Shown here one piece after another: positions 48,901-62,075 of a stretch of DNA of 64,000 bases. Source of the stretch: Callorhinchus milii (taxonomy: Eukaryota). Made by a program: the position numbers and the translations under genes. The notes beneath the pieces are model-generated. The model worked only from the letters and a program-made list of their open reading frames with translations. It had not been told where the DNA came from and did no database searches. The stretch is taken from assembly GCF_018977255.1 (NCBI RefSeq), contig NW_024704743.1, positions 65,226,001-65,290,000 of the forward strand, in the 5' to 3' direction. Each line of letters opens with the position of its first letter. Position 1 is the first letter of the stretch.

Positions 48901-51900
48901 TTTGCACTTCTCAGATTTCTTCTGTTGTCAAAGTATAAATTGTGCAACACTGGCCTATATTATAAGCACTCTGGGACGCTACCCTTCCTGAGGGGGCACT
49001 ATATAAATGCAAGTTGTTGTAGTAAGAAATAGTATTAAGAGAAATATCAAGAGAAAGACCATCCAGAACTTTGCAGTCTGTGTCTTCTCCTACAAAGGGT
49101 TCCGCGAGTACATTCCCACTTGTCTTTACTGGCACAACATTCTCCAGTAGATCAAATACAAGAACCCCACCCTCGCTTTCAAATGTCTCCATGGCTGGGA
49201 GCCACCTGTGTCCTCCTGTGACCAGGCTGCTCCTTCCACTCAGCTAACATTAGCTTCTTTCAAGTCTCCTGCCTGATCCACCCCACGGTGGGTGAGTGTT
49301 CAGACATTCTGCTGCAATCCCTGGAACTCTGTCTCAGAGCCCTTCCACTTTGCCAACGCCCCCCCCCCCCCCCACACTTCCAAACAGTTTTTGACTGCAG
49401 TTTTGGTTACCTCTCAATTCACCCGCCCCCTTAGATTGCCTGCCTTTCACTCCTCTCTCCCCATGCCCCCATGCTCAGGCTTACATTCAGAGGGGTCAAG
49501 AGTTCTGAGATGTCCTCTCAGAAAGGCTCTTTATATGTAAATTATAATTTTAACTGGTGAAAATTTAATTTCATAAACAGCACTTCTTGAAAATAATGGA
49601 AGGGATAAATATAACAAGACGTCAGGAAATTACACAGCTATTGATGTTAAACTTAGTGAGGATTTAAGCTTTATAAACATGAAAATTAACAAAGCAACAA
49701 GCACAAGGCATCGGGCAGACAGTTGTACCTCATTTTCTGTGTGCTCCAGTCTTTAAAGTCAGTAACATTATTTATTATTATTACATGAACCAGTGTTGAC
49801 TGGTGAAAATGATAAAGTTGAAATTCAGTTAAATATCATTCTGCCAATAGATGGTGCTCAAGCATGAGATGATACAGTTGAATATGAGAAATGCTGAGAA
49901 ACTCAGACCAGTGATTGTGGCATGCATTTTGTGACATAATCCATGCATTTATTATGAAAAATTAACCATTACCTTGTTGGTTTCCTGAAAAAAAATTATG
50001 CAGCTTCCAGGAACCACCAGGGTAATTTTGTGAAATATCATTCCAAGGCTTATGATAACATCTTCCAACCCTACCCACTATTAACAATGTGACTACCAAT
50101 GCAGCAAGTTTGTTCAAAAATACAGTCGTTGCTCACGAGAAATAGATTTTAAGAGATAATTGTGTATGTATGGGGATACTTAATCTCTCTCTCTGTTCCC
50201 ATAGGGTAATTTTTTTGACGAGTTTCAGATTGAAGGAGTGTCGACAGATTACAATGAAATTTATTTGGAACTAGTACCGGAGAACCTCTCGAGGTCCTTA
50301 AAAACAGCCCACAATGCCAAAGCCGTGAAAATCAAGCTGACAATGAAGCACTGCCCGTGTCTCACAGTCGCTGTGGAACTGGTAAGCAAACATCCCACCA
50401 GCACTGGACATGCCACTGACAGCTTTCATCCACTGACCTTGCCGTGACACAGCTGATGGTTGTAAATAGAAGGATTGTTCCATCCTGCATTCCTCCAGGG
50501 TTACCGAGGTTAACCTCTGCCTTACTTAACTCTGTGCTTTTGTTTATTTTCCCCATTCAATGATGTTCTTCACAGCAATGCTTGTTGTTCTGAGTTCATC
50601 AACTACTTTTTTCCAACTAAATTTTCTGTTGTGATGTAAAAATGATTAATTTAGGCGAATGGATCCCACACGTTGAACTGCTTACAAAGTTTTTGAGAAG
50701 CGACTCATATATTTCTGAGTGACTTTACTGCTCTAACACTTTATTCAGTTAAAATGAGAAGTTTAGATGTTTTAAAATTGGCATGTTCTGACATAAAGAG
50801 AAACATTATTGAATGAAAGTTATTTGATGGCCTGTGGTATAGACAGCACCTAGTCAAACTCTACAGCATACAATCCAGAAGGTTGCAGGTTCAATTCTTA
50901 TTTAGCTGAGTTCGTTGACCTTAGCTTGGGAAATGGTTTGAAAATAATAAAATTTTACTGAGAGGGAAAAAATAACCAGGGCTCCTATTCCTGATCACCA
51001 TCTTGGGAACGCTGCTCAAAAGTAAATATGTGACAACTTCAGAAGCCTGACACACCACCTTGTCTTAGTCTCCAAAACCATTTTACCTTAAAATTTAAGA
51101 TTATGCGGATTAGTGGAAAATTCTTAATTCATTCTTTAAATTAAAATTTAAACTAAATTATTATTATATATAAGTGAAATTATAAGATCAAATGATATTT
51201 CAGGCTTAGACCAGGTAGGATTTTGGTTCTTAGAAGAGGACAGGATCCATCTTGAGCGCAGTGTGCTGCAGTCAAGTACTTACTATCTGGGCTCAAACAT
51301 AGAAAAGCTTTGTCCCTTCCTTTGGTACCATATTGCAGAAAGATTCGTACAGGAAAGGAGAAGGAAAATGTGTTTGGTATTGAGAATCGATACTTTCAAA
51401 AGAACAATTTGCTATTTTATTAGAATACTAACATTCTTTAAAAGTGTTAAGTTGTACTGTAAATGACAAAAGTGATGCCAAGTTGCATTTTCTATTTGAA
51501 GAGAAGTAGATTTATAAGAATAAATGCTTTATTAATATTCAACCATGAAACTGCATCACATATTGTGAATAGTTTGACTAGTGACAGACGTGTTGGAAAT
51601 GTTAGCAACTCTGTGTTTCCTTCTTCCTCAGCCATCTCTCTCCAGCCACAGTCGCATAGTTACACATGACATCCCAGTTGTCATCATCCCTAGAAAACTT
51701 TGGAATGATTTTGCAGAACCCAATGTTCCAGATTTTGATGTAAGTATTTGTGTTCAGATCTTTTTCTTTGTTTCTTTAATGTGAGTTTTGTCAGAATCAG
51801 GGGAATATAATTTTATAAATTTGTGTTATCTACACCATAAATTCTGGTTGCATCCATCTATGCCAAAGGGAAGTTGAATACTGCTGTTGAGTTTCTGGCA

Positions 51901-54900
51901 CTGTATGGGGTGAGTGTACACTTACTCTGCAGATGACTGATGATTTTGCCAGCCTAATCTGGCTGATTACATAAGCACAGTTTTTAATGGCAGATCTTCA
52001 AGATTTACTCCTTTCTGTCAAAACTGCAAATATAGTGTAGCGTTCTGAAGATTGAGGTCACCCAAGATGATGAGACGTCTCAAAGTTGTGAAAAACACTA
52101 TGTCAAATGCAAGGATTATTATTATGAGGTATTCAGAAGGGCATATAAACGCAAATTACAAACAGTACAGTGTAAATTTACTTTCATGTCAGGAGGATGA
52201 GGAGCTTCATAGTGATGGCTTGCTACCCAAGGGGGATGGGGAGGGTCAAAGAGGAAGGTCTTGAGACGGCCTTCAAAGATGTGAGGGAGGGGGTGAGTCA
52301 AAGGGACTCCAGAATATCGTTCGAGAGACTGGGGGCAGATATCCCGTAAGCCCGCCTGCCATTGGTGGGGTGGGTAGAGCGAGGAACATGAAACATAAAG
52401 TTATATTTCTCTACTTATTTCTCCATATCTGACTTTCATACTACCAGTTTTCATATTCTTGCTTTTGAAGGTCAGTATATATTTACCAGTACTCAAGACC
52501 ATGAAGAGTGTGGTGGAAAGAATGAAGAATCTTGCTGGCCAAGTGGTGAGTGAAGTTTATAACCTTAATACGCTCGATCGTACAATTAAGCCTTTTATTC
52601 AGCTTCCATTAATGGCCTACTTCCTGAGGAATGTCACTTCTGGAAGACAATTGTGTTGTAGGTTTTTTTTGTTGTGTAGACGAAAAACATGCTGTAAAAA
52701 ATATGGTAAAACTGGGCATGTTTTTTCAAGTATCTCATTTGTATCTTCAAAAACCATTATTTAAACTTTGCAGAAATTTGCAGTTTGTAATTCCGTTGTA
52801 AACTAAATGTCGGAATGCCATGAATGTGCTATTTTTTTTGTATGTAAGTGTACACTCAATCTGATGTAAAGGAAAATGAAATAAATCTATTTTCTCAAGA
52901 GTTGAGAACATATATCTTGAGCTGCCATTCATTAGATCATGATAATCGTGTATTTGTTATAGCTCCTCATTACATTAAAATATCTCAAAGTGCATCACAG
53001 TAATTACTGCTATTGCAGTGAAAGTAGCCAGTTTGCTGTTTTTGAATCTTGGCAACTCTTTCTAGGTGAAGCAAACAGTGAATGAGAAGTAGATTTATAA
53101 GAATAAATGCTTTATTAATATTCAACCATGAAACTGCATCACAGATTGTGAATAGTTTGACTAGTCAAATTCAAGCCTGAGATAGATAGATTTCTTATTG
53201 CAAAAGGGATTAAGGGATACGGGGATAAGGCAGAGTCAGGTTATTAGCTGGAGTTAGATTAGAAGATCAGCCATGATTGAATGGCGGGGCAGCTTGAAGG
53301 ACCGAATGGCCTACTCCTGCTCCTACATGTTATGTTACGTTATGATAATTTTTCTTTCATCGGGAGATTGCGACTCCTTTTATCCATATTCTTCAATACC
53401 TCTGAGACGCCGTCCGGCATGGAGGGCGCTATATAAATCCAACTTGTTATTGTTGTATAAGTCTGCTTTCCAACTATCTGTCTATTTCCCTTTTGAATAT
53501 TACTAATATATTGAGTATAAATGATCTGCATCTTTGTCCTTCTAGAACAGTGCATTTAACATTATCACAGCACTAAAGAAAATATTCTGATTTCACTTCT
53601 AACTGAATTATCTCTAATTTTGAGATTAGAGTCATAGAAATTTATAGCACAGAAGAAAGCTATTTGGCCCATTGTCTGTGCTGACTACTTTAAAGATAAT
53701 CCTTTTACCTGCCCTTTCCCCATATACTATTTATCCTTGTTTTAGACCCTCCACCAGGGGGGAGAGTTGTTCCCTATCTAGCTTGTCAGTTTCCCTCAAT
53801 ATTTAAATCATATGAGTTCCTCAGCTCTGGGGAATATAACTCGAGTTTATCCTAACAATGCAGATCCATATGAAGGAAATTTCATTCGGTCTTGAAAATA
53901 TTTGGTAGCTGATATATGGTGCTGTACGTGGCCACTATTTGTATTTTATCAGTATGTCACTGCTCTGGCTGTACTGCACATTGTTTCTGTTTTAGAGTAG
54001 AATCAAACTGATATAGAGAATATCTGTCGGCATGCACATGAGCAATGTCATTGTGATAAGAGAATATGGGTCTTTGTTACTGCCAAAATGCTTTTGTAAC
54101 TCATTGCAGCTCGTACGTGTGTCTGAATGTGAATCATAATGCTTTGTATTGCTTTTGGACTGTAATCAGGAGGGAGTCTGGCTGCTTTGGGAGGGGGAGT
54201 GCCAGAATTGCTCTCCCACCACTGAATTCTCTGCCTTGGGGAGACATCAACAGAGGTCAGTAGGAGGCCAATCTGGGGCTCGGCATTGCAGATCGCCTCC
54301 CGTTTGGAAGGGGCGGCAAGGAGGAGCAGCTCCAGGCTGCTGCCCTCAAATGGATGCTGGGAAGGTTGGAGGTGAATTGGACCTCCTGCACCATGCTCTC
54401 TGGAGCAGTGATCTCCCAATGGGGTAATCGAGGCCCCCCCCTGCAGAATGGATGGCATTTGGAGGAACCTCAGGTCTTCCTGCACCTGGGAACTCTTTCT
54501 GGACAGAAACTGCCATCTCTTCCTGTGGGTACCCTCTACATAGTTTACTCAATCTGTTGCCATTGGACCAAGAAGGGTGGCTTGTTTGTTCAACAACTAT
54601 GCCTGACATTGACTTTTACTTCATTGAAATGTACAGTCAACTTGCTTTGCAGGTATTCTGCAAAGTGCTTTGAGACTTCTCAACGACGTGATAAGGTGCT
54701 ATATCAAATGCAGGATTATTATTATTGTTGACACTTCCATGCACGCTACAGTATTCTTCTGATCTAAGTATTGTACGGTGGGGACAACTTGTTTATTTCT
54801 TGACTGGCTTTCTTTCTGTTCTAAATATATATTTTTGCCCTCTAGGGCCTCCCATCACAACCGTTCTGTAACCAGTCTTAGAGAATAATCCATAGTCACT

Positions 54901-57900
54901 TAGTTGTTTGTTTGATAAACCCTCTTCCCCCATGTTTCACATTGTCTCTCCCCTTGTTTCAAGTTTCCTCTACACCACCTACTGAGATTGAGAACTTGAT
55001 ACTTAGTAGCTCATAAAATGTTGTTTGCGAATCGACTGTGGAGGCCTACATGTTGTCTGATGAAGCACAACTCTGATGCCACTCAATGATCGTAATGCCC
55101 CCACCCTTTGGAACTCCATCCCACATTCCCTTTGTCTCACTTCCTCCTTTGCCTCCTTCAAGGCACGTCTCAAGACCCTCCTCTTCGACCGTGCCTTCGG
55201 CCACCCTTCTTCCCTTTTATGTGATACTTTAATAGCATTGGGATCTAAATTACAAACTGGATTTAGTATGTTTTTGTTTTGGTCATCCAGGTATCTGGCA
55301 TATGCAGAAAATAACCACTGGGCTCACAAGTATCCAAACGCGACAGAGTTCCATGCACGCTACTTTCACATCAAAATGTCCTTGTCTGTAATGGAAAACA
55401 ACTCTCCCTGGAGGGACACACCTTGCTTATCTAATTCTGGAGAGTATTAGAATCAGGCTAGCAAGAGTCAAGGCTTTGGGACTCCAGAGTGTGCATTGGG
55501 GTACTGCTGGAGTCTAACCAGCTAAAATCACATCTAGCAGTAGCCCAAGAGTATTAATTATGGCTTCTGATGTGCAGATATCACATTAAAAGAAAAGCCA
55601 GTGAGCACACCTATATGTTGTAAAATCTGTAATCTCAACCCAATGTATGTTAATGTTTTAATTATATTTTTATGACTTGTCTTTGTCACACTTCAGGTAA
55701 TTGAAGCCAATCAGAATGGAAAAATGAATTTGAAAATCAACACTGACTTAGTGACTGTTACAACACATTTCAAAGACCTCGGAAATCCTCCTTGGGGTAA
55801 GTAAAATTGTTCTCTTCATGAAGATGTCATGGCTCAGTTGATAGCTCTCTCGCCTCTGTGTCAATGGATTGTGGCTTCAGGTTCCCTCCCCGAACCTGAA
55901 TTCAGTCTGGGCTGACACTCCCAATACATAGTTAGGGAAGTGCTGCATTGTTTGAGGTGCCACTCTTCGGATATGTCATTAAACAAAGTTTCCATCTGCC
56001 TGTTCAGGTGGATTGGAACCCATGGTACCTATTAAAAGAGAGAAGAGAGTTTTCCCCATGTTCAGGCGTACAATTCTCCAGATAAAATTAGTCATTCGAT
56101 TTTGACCAAAAACATATGACTGCAAATAGACAGTAACTATACCCTAAGGTAAATCGTGTGCAGTCTTTTGTATATCACATTAAAAGAAAAGCACCTCGCA
56201 AGCGAGAGATCTGGGTTTGATTCCGGGCAGGGCAAAATCTTGGGCAAGTTTCCTCCCTCCATACGCCTGATAATAATCCCTCAAGCAAAAGTAAATAAAT
56301 AAATAAATAAATAAATTGGTCATTTTCAATCCACGACTGATTGTGGGACACTGCTGTGCATAATTGGCTGTCGAGTTTTGCTGACAAATATAGTCAATTC
56401 ACTTTACAGCCTATTCTGTGAAACGCTTTGAGACGTCCAGAAGACGTGAACAGCGCTATATCAAATACAAGAATTATTATTATATTATATAACACATATA
56501 TATATTTGCTTTGAGATATTCTGACGATATAATAAGGTATATTAAATATAAAGATTATAATTATAAGCAAATTGGAAAAGACTGTGACTTGGAGACATGA
56601 TTTGATTGTGACTACCTCATCTGAAAGCCTTGAAAACGTGCTGTGGTCTTGCACCAAGCTCATTTCTTCTCTTTGACTAGTTTAGGGAGAATATTGGAGA
56701 ATAACGGAAACAAAAAGCATTGAAATTCACTCTCAATAAGCTTACAACATAGTCATACAATTAACGCGCTTAGAAAATTAGAGGAAAATACTTATTTGGA
56801 ATATTTTGACTTTCCCATATTAAACATTTTTCAGTTTCCATTTTTCTCACAGTGATTAATACAAACTATCTTATTTTACTTACACTTTATTTGGGGTGTC
56901 CTTGTTATTATAAGCTGTCCTAGTTTAGCTTGGATCCATTTATGGCCCACTGTACTATACGAGAAACATGATATACCCAGCTTATAGCACTGACTGTCTG
57001 GCTTTCCATGCTAAAAACATTAAGCTGATCAATAAAAATAAACAGGATTTTCATTAAATCACAGACATGTCACTCTAGTTCGCTCCAAATTGATTTTCAC
57101 TGAGGTAGCTGCACCCACCCAATAAAATTAGAACAGATTGTAGTTTATTAAATTAACAGAATAATTTAATAAATAGCAATTTTTCAATACGCTTAAAATT
57201 AAAAGGTTATCTCACAGAACCTGACAAATGGTGCAAACCAAGAATATGTGTACTCCCTCTCTGTTTCTTCTCGTTTCAGATGAGTCTTTTTAAATAAGTT
57301 ATCTTTGAAGTGGTTACTCATTAGCCCACAAGTCATTCCAAACAACTTCAAAACATGTCTTACACATTAAACTTATTTCTACTTCAAAGCTTTTTATTAT
57401 GTTACCCCATTTAAAACACATGAAATCTCAGTTATCACCTACAGGCTAATCAGAATTTTCTTACAGTTCCATTGTTTCATCAACTTTGTGAGACCAAACA
57501 ATTAAAGCTGTCTTTGCTCCAGATACTGCATTTTTTCTCCAATCGAGTCTTTTTTGCACATTGCCAGCTCTCATAAAGCATCCGTTAGCTATGTTTTGCC
57601 AGAAACATTTTAGAATGCCTAGAATTTGACAAATTCTTAAGTTCAGTCTTAATTTTGAGCTGATTTTCTGCAAGTATGTTTAGGAGTTCTGGATACTCCA
57701 AAATGCTACTTAATAATACGACTTGATTTGATATAGTGCCTTATCACATCGGTGAGAGTCTCAAAGTGTTCCACAGAATATACTTAAAGTGAATTGACTG
57801 TATGTTTTCTGTGCGAAACGCAAATCTAGTGGTGGAATTTCTTCTCTATAAGAGACGTACTTTACATCATGAGGACTCGTTTATGCTGCAGCGTTTTCAG

Positions 57901-58658
57901 TGAGCACTATTGCAATCCAAATTTATCAAGATTTGTATCTGAAAAGCAGCCACGGTGTGAGGTACCTGGAAGCATTTGGTATCACGGGAAAGTCAGCCCT
58001 GCAGGTATTCAGGAGAAGAGGCAGAAATCAACATAGAAATAAAAATCCCTGTGTTTTCTATAATTTGGCCTTTTCATAAATGTTATGATCAAATGGTGAT
58101 ATATTACATTATTCCTGCCAGTTGAAGAAGAAGCACCAGTCGGCTTTTCCCAGATGAGGGATCCAGAGAACATGGCTGAAGCCACGGTGGACATAAAAAG
58201 ACTTATGCAGTTTCTTGCTGGACAGCAGGTGAACCCTAGCAAGGCAATATGCAGTGAGTTGCTGTTCTTTTTACCTATTTTGTTGTGTTTAAAAAGACTT
58301 TAGTTGTATTATTTTGTATGTCATTCCAATTCTTCAATGTAATTCCTTGTTAAGATGTAACATTTGTCTCATAAGAGCTTTGTCGGGGAGAGCAGTATCT
58401 CAATCCTGTTACTGTGGTGTAGGCATCAGTCATTTTTGTGGTTAATTGTGGGAATAGCGAAATCCCATCAAGACTAGAACCAAAATAAACTGCATTGTTT
58501 TGTGAGTGGGAAAACAAAATTTTGTAACTTTGTTTTTAATACATTCATGTAATTTTGCATTGTTTTCCTCTATAGACATCGTGAGTAAAAAGCTTGTGCA
58601 CTTTGTTCTACTCCATGAGGATGTCTCTCTACAATACTTCATACCGGCAATTGCTTGA
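45864..58658 (+). CDS. HUS1: Checkpoint protein HUS1, whole coding span (8 exons, 855 nt, 284 aa)
   Basis: Manually spliced exons give [35 protein letters not shown]...HDIPV...LQYFIPAIA*, recognisable as vertebrate HUS1. Exon sizes 52/128/177/108/75/100/132/83 keep frame and all introns are GT-AG. Confidence 0.97.
46256..46520 (+). repeat. ~29-nt C-rich minisatellite in HUS1 intron 1
   Basis: (ccctcctcgcccctccctgcaaccccctg) about 9 copies. Confidence 0.9.
46870..47250 (+). mobile_element. Deu-domain SINE (SacSINE1/AmnSINE1-like)
   Basis: tRNA-like head ggctcagcgggtaacactctcgcc...gggttcaag and core atgagacgttaaacc...gttaaagatcccatggcac; family name is recalled, not searched. Confidence 0.65.
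47968..48095 (+). CDS. HUS1: HUS1 coding exon 2
   Basis: ttttcag acceptor; (R)[42 protein letters not shown]; gtaaac donor. Confidence 0.96.
48100..48707 (+). mobile_element. L2-type LINE 3' fragment directly after the HUS1 exon 2 donor
   Basis: [15 protein letters not shown]...[12 protein letters not shown]...LHWLP; (ttg)n tail. Confidence 0.85.
50205..50381 (+). CDS. HUS1: HUS1 coding exon 3
   Basis: cccatag acceptor; [59 protein letters not shown]; gtaagc donor. Confidence 0.96.
51632..51739 (+). CDS. HUS1: HUS1 coding exon 4
   Basis: ttcctcag acceptor; [36 protein letters not shown]; gtaagt donor. Confidence 0.96.
52471..52545 (+). CDS. HUS1: HUS1 coding exon 5
   Basis: ttttgaag acceptor; [25 protein letters not shown]; gtgagt donor. 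Confidence 0.95.
53166..53345 (+). mobile_element. Short CR1 3' end in HUS1 intron 5
   Basis: Matches about 18995-19175, including the tatgt tail. Confidence 0.8.
55697..55796 (+). CDS. HUS1: HUS1 coding exon 6
   Basis: cttcag acceptor; [33 protein letters not shown]; gtaagt donor. Confidence 0.96.
55826..56100 (+). mobile_element. Deu-domain SINE, HUS1 intron 6
   Basis: ggctcagttgatagctctctcgcctctg head plus degenerate core. Confidence 0.55.
56190..56482 (+). mobile_element. tRNA-derived SINE, same family, HUS1 intron 6
   Basis: Partial head, then body and tail matching 22400-22690. Confidence 0.7.
58122..58253 (+). CDS. HUS1: HUS1 coding exon 7
   Basis: cctgccag acceptor; (V)[43 protein letters not shown]; gtgagt donor. 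Confidence 0.94.
58576..58658 (+). CDS. HUS1: HUS1 coding exon 8 (terminal)
   Basis: ctctatag acceptor; (N)[26 protein letters not shown] then TGA. Confidence 0.96.
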
Positions 58659-59974
58659 AAACAGTTCCATTTGCCAATCTGGTAGATACCGTCAGAAGTA
58701 TCATCTCTTCTCAGCTCTCCTAGCAACAGTCTACTACAAAATGTGTACAAATGTCTACCCATTTGAACTTGTCATTGTAGCAATTTCAGATTTACAGATC
58801 TTTGAAAAGGTGTTGGATTCACATTATGGGTTAAATTCCAGACTTAAGAACACATTGGTCTGATCTGTGTGTACTTGTGAAATTGTTTCTTAAATACTTA
58901 TTTGACATTACCTGAAAGGCTGTTATGGGTCATTTGCATCAGAAATGTTCTGTGTCCTAAAAGTTGCACTTTCAGGATATACATCAGATTCAAGTTCATA
59001 GAAAGCACTTTTGTTCAAAGCCATCTCATTAATATATTTTTTGCATGGTAAGAAAGTTTCAACTGCAGCAACCTTAGTGTTCAAAACAAAATCACTTCTG
59101 ATCCAACAAATTATTACAATGGGATTGATTTTATGGCTTTTCTTAGTTAAGAAATCCAGAAGTTTTGACACCAATTTGTGATTGTCTGATTGTGTGAACA
59201 CCACTCCAATTCAATCTGTTTATGTTGTGGAATTCTAATAATAATAATCCTTGCATTTGTATAGCTCCTTATCACGTCTTTGAGACGTCTTAAAGCGCTA
59301 CACAGAATATACTAAATTCCCTTGAGTTGGAGTGACATGTGACTTCCAGTTATCAATTAAGGAATAGATTTAAATGGCAAAATTATCACCATTATCTCTT
59401 TAAAATGTTCTCCTAAGTGTGGATAGCATTTCACACATCCAGTTTTATTGTTTTTGTGTTCATATTTATTGCAAGATGCACATATGTCTGAGAAGATGGT
59501 GCAAACATGGGTTGAGGTATGAACTGTCCAGATGATATTTGTTTATATGATGCCAGTTATGTAGCTTTTGTGATACCGAACCATTCTTACAGAAACTATT
59601 CCAGCAGTATTTTTAAACTTTGTGGTCGAGTTATGTATGAGTTATGTATTTTGTAACTGAAATTGATTTATTGTGTTTGAAAAATGCAATTTCCATCCCT
59701 GTCCATTCCATTGTCTATAAAGATGCCCATTTGCTTTGCAGGTTTGTATTTTAAATCTGCGTTGAGCCTGTTTCAGTATTTGAGAATGAAGTTCAGGCAA
59801 TTTCTACACAATTCTATTTTAAGGATGTGAAATTGAGGGCCTCTTCCAATTTATTTAATATATATTACTTCTATTACCACCAGCTTGTTCATTTATTTGC
59901 CATTGGTTCAGAGTTTTAACAGGAAGTTGAAATGTATGAAAATGTTTTGTGGCCTTATTAAATCTAGTTTATTC

Positions 59975-59980
59975 AATAAA
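59975..59980 (+). promoter_or_regulatory. Candidate HUS1 polyadenylation signal (AATAAA)
   Basis: AATAAA about 1.3 kb after the stop codon, with ATTAAA just upstream and T-rich sequence downstream. Confidence 0.45.
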
Positions 59981-61599
59981 GAATATTGTTCCTTTGCAGC
60001 AATTGATTTTTATTTTAAATACATCTAGTTCAACATTACTTGTTCGTGCTTCACCTAACTGGATGGAGGGATCTTGATTTAGGTTGGGGGAGGTGACTCA
60101 GAAAATGTTTTATATTTGCAACTTAATACCCCATAAGCCTAGAAGGTGAGTAATTGCAAATTAAAGACAAATATGCGGAGCGGAAAGACTGAGAGATCGG
60201 CCGTCTATCTATGGCCATTGTGAACAGGCATTTATATCAAGACTTTTCCCACCAGCTATTGAAATCTTGCCACTTAACCTACAATTTTATCCCTAGTTTG
60301 ACTATATGAAAATCTTCTGAATTATCTCAAAGCAAATCTCCCAGCTCTGGGTGCTGGTTGCTCCCACCAACAGATATATTGTTAGAAAGCAGCCAAGGTA
60401 GCCAGGAGGACAACTCCACCATCCCTGAAGTAGCCTTGAGGGGAAGGAAATGAGTTACAAAGAATGTACAGCACAGAAACAGGCCACTCAGCCCAACCAG
60501 TCCATGACGTTGTTTATAATCCACACGAGTTTTCACCCAATCCTTACTCCCTTCCATACCCTTGTATCCCCATCTCCCTCTTATGAAGTTCGATCTTCTT
60601 CTTGAATGTATCCACACTGCTTCAGGCACTGAGTTACAAAATCTCACTACGCTGTGTGAAGTGGTTCCTCTTAAATTCTTTTTTGAATGAATAAATCTCC
60701 TGGCCCATCTTTTTTTCTCTCCCAGCACTCCCACTGGGGAGCACTGCATTGTTGGAGGTGCTGTCCTTTGGGTGATATGTTAACCCGAGGTCCTGTCTCC
60801 CTGTTCGGGTGGATGTCAAAGGTTCCAAGGCACTATTTGGAAAGTGGTGGGAGTTATTTTTAAAGCCTAGGATTTCATTAGCTTTGTTTGTCCAGTTTTT
60901 CAAGACATGACCCTGCCTAAAGGGTGCTATATAAATGCAAGTTGTCCATTTATTGTCCACCTGCCTTTTGACCTTTAAAGGTTTATGTTGTTAACCTCTC
61001 GGGCTCACTGCTATTCTACTCCTTTTAAAATATTACCATTTGGCATATATTTGCTTTCATTATTCTTGCTTCCAAAATGTATAATCTTACAATTTTCTGA
61101 ATTAAATTTTATCTCGCTCTGTATACAAGATATTTTTAAGGATTAGAAATTTTCTTCTCAAATGACTGGAGGCAAAATTTAAGTGAAAGACTTCAGCCCA
61201 GAATATAAAATATTTCCATCATACATAATATTTCTCAGAAAAAAAGTGAGTGATTCCAAGATAGTATGACACAACTAATGTTTACTGACAGCCAACCTAT
61301 GAATGACTTTCTCGTAAACTTTCATGGATAAAAGTCAAAGCTGTCAAAAGGGTAGATATTAAAGTAGTTTAATAAGATTCGAAGCACAAGGTATGATATA
61401 TTTTGTTGGAACAAACTAAAGTTTTTAGAATCACAAAGATTATTTTATGTGATAAAATACTTGGTTTCCTCACAGTTTTGACCCTTTCCTAATGGTTCAT
61501 GTTAAGGAACAATTTCATAGCTGCTGGATGAACCTCAGGATTGATAAGATTGATAAAATAGATAAGATTGATAAAATAGAGACGATTTCTGTTTGTACC

Positions 61600-62075
61600 T
61601 CCTCACTTCAGGCGCTGACCCTGACCATATCAACCTCTCTGTTACTCCAACTCATGGGGCTGGTGTGGAACCATGGCATTTTTTTTGACCATCAACTCTC
61701 CTTTGAATCTTTCATCTGGGCTTTCCTCCATCTCTGCAACATCACCTGCCTCCACCACTATCTATTTGCTTATGCAGCTGAAACCCTCATCAATGCATTT
61801 TATCACCTCCAGATTTTCTAAAGTCCTCAGTGGCTTCTCCAGTTCCACACTTCACAAGCTCCATACCATCCAGAACTTTAGAGGACACATGCTCTCCCAC
61901 ACCAGACACCATGCATCTATCACCTCAACTGCCATCAGCTCCACTGGCTCACTGTTCCCCCAGTGAATCAACCTCAAGATTCTTGTTCTTACACTTGAAT
62001 GTTTCCATGGCTTTGTCCCACCCTACCTTAGCAATCTCCTGCAACCCTACTCAGGCTACTTCCTCTCTTTGATGA
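61600..62075 (+). mobile_element. Old L2-type LINE fragment
   Basis: Degenerate GIFFDHQLSF...AETLINAF...LHWL motifs. Confidence 0.6.
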
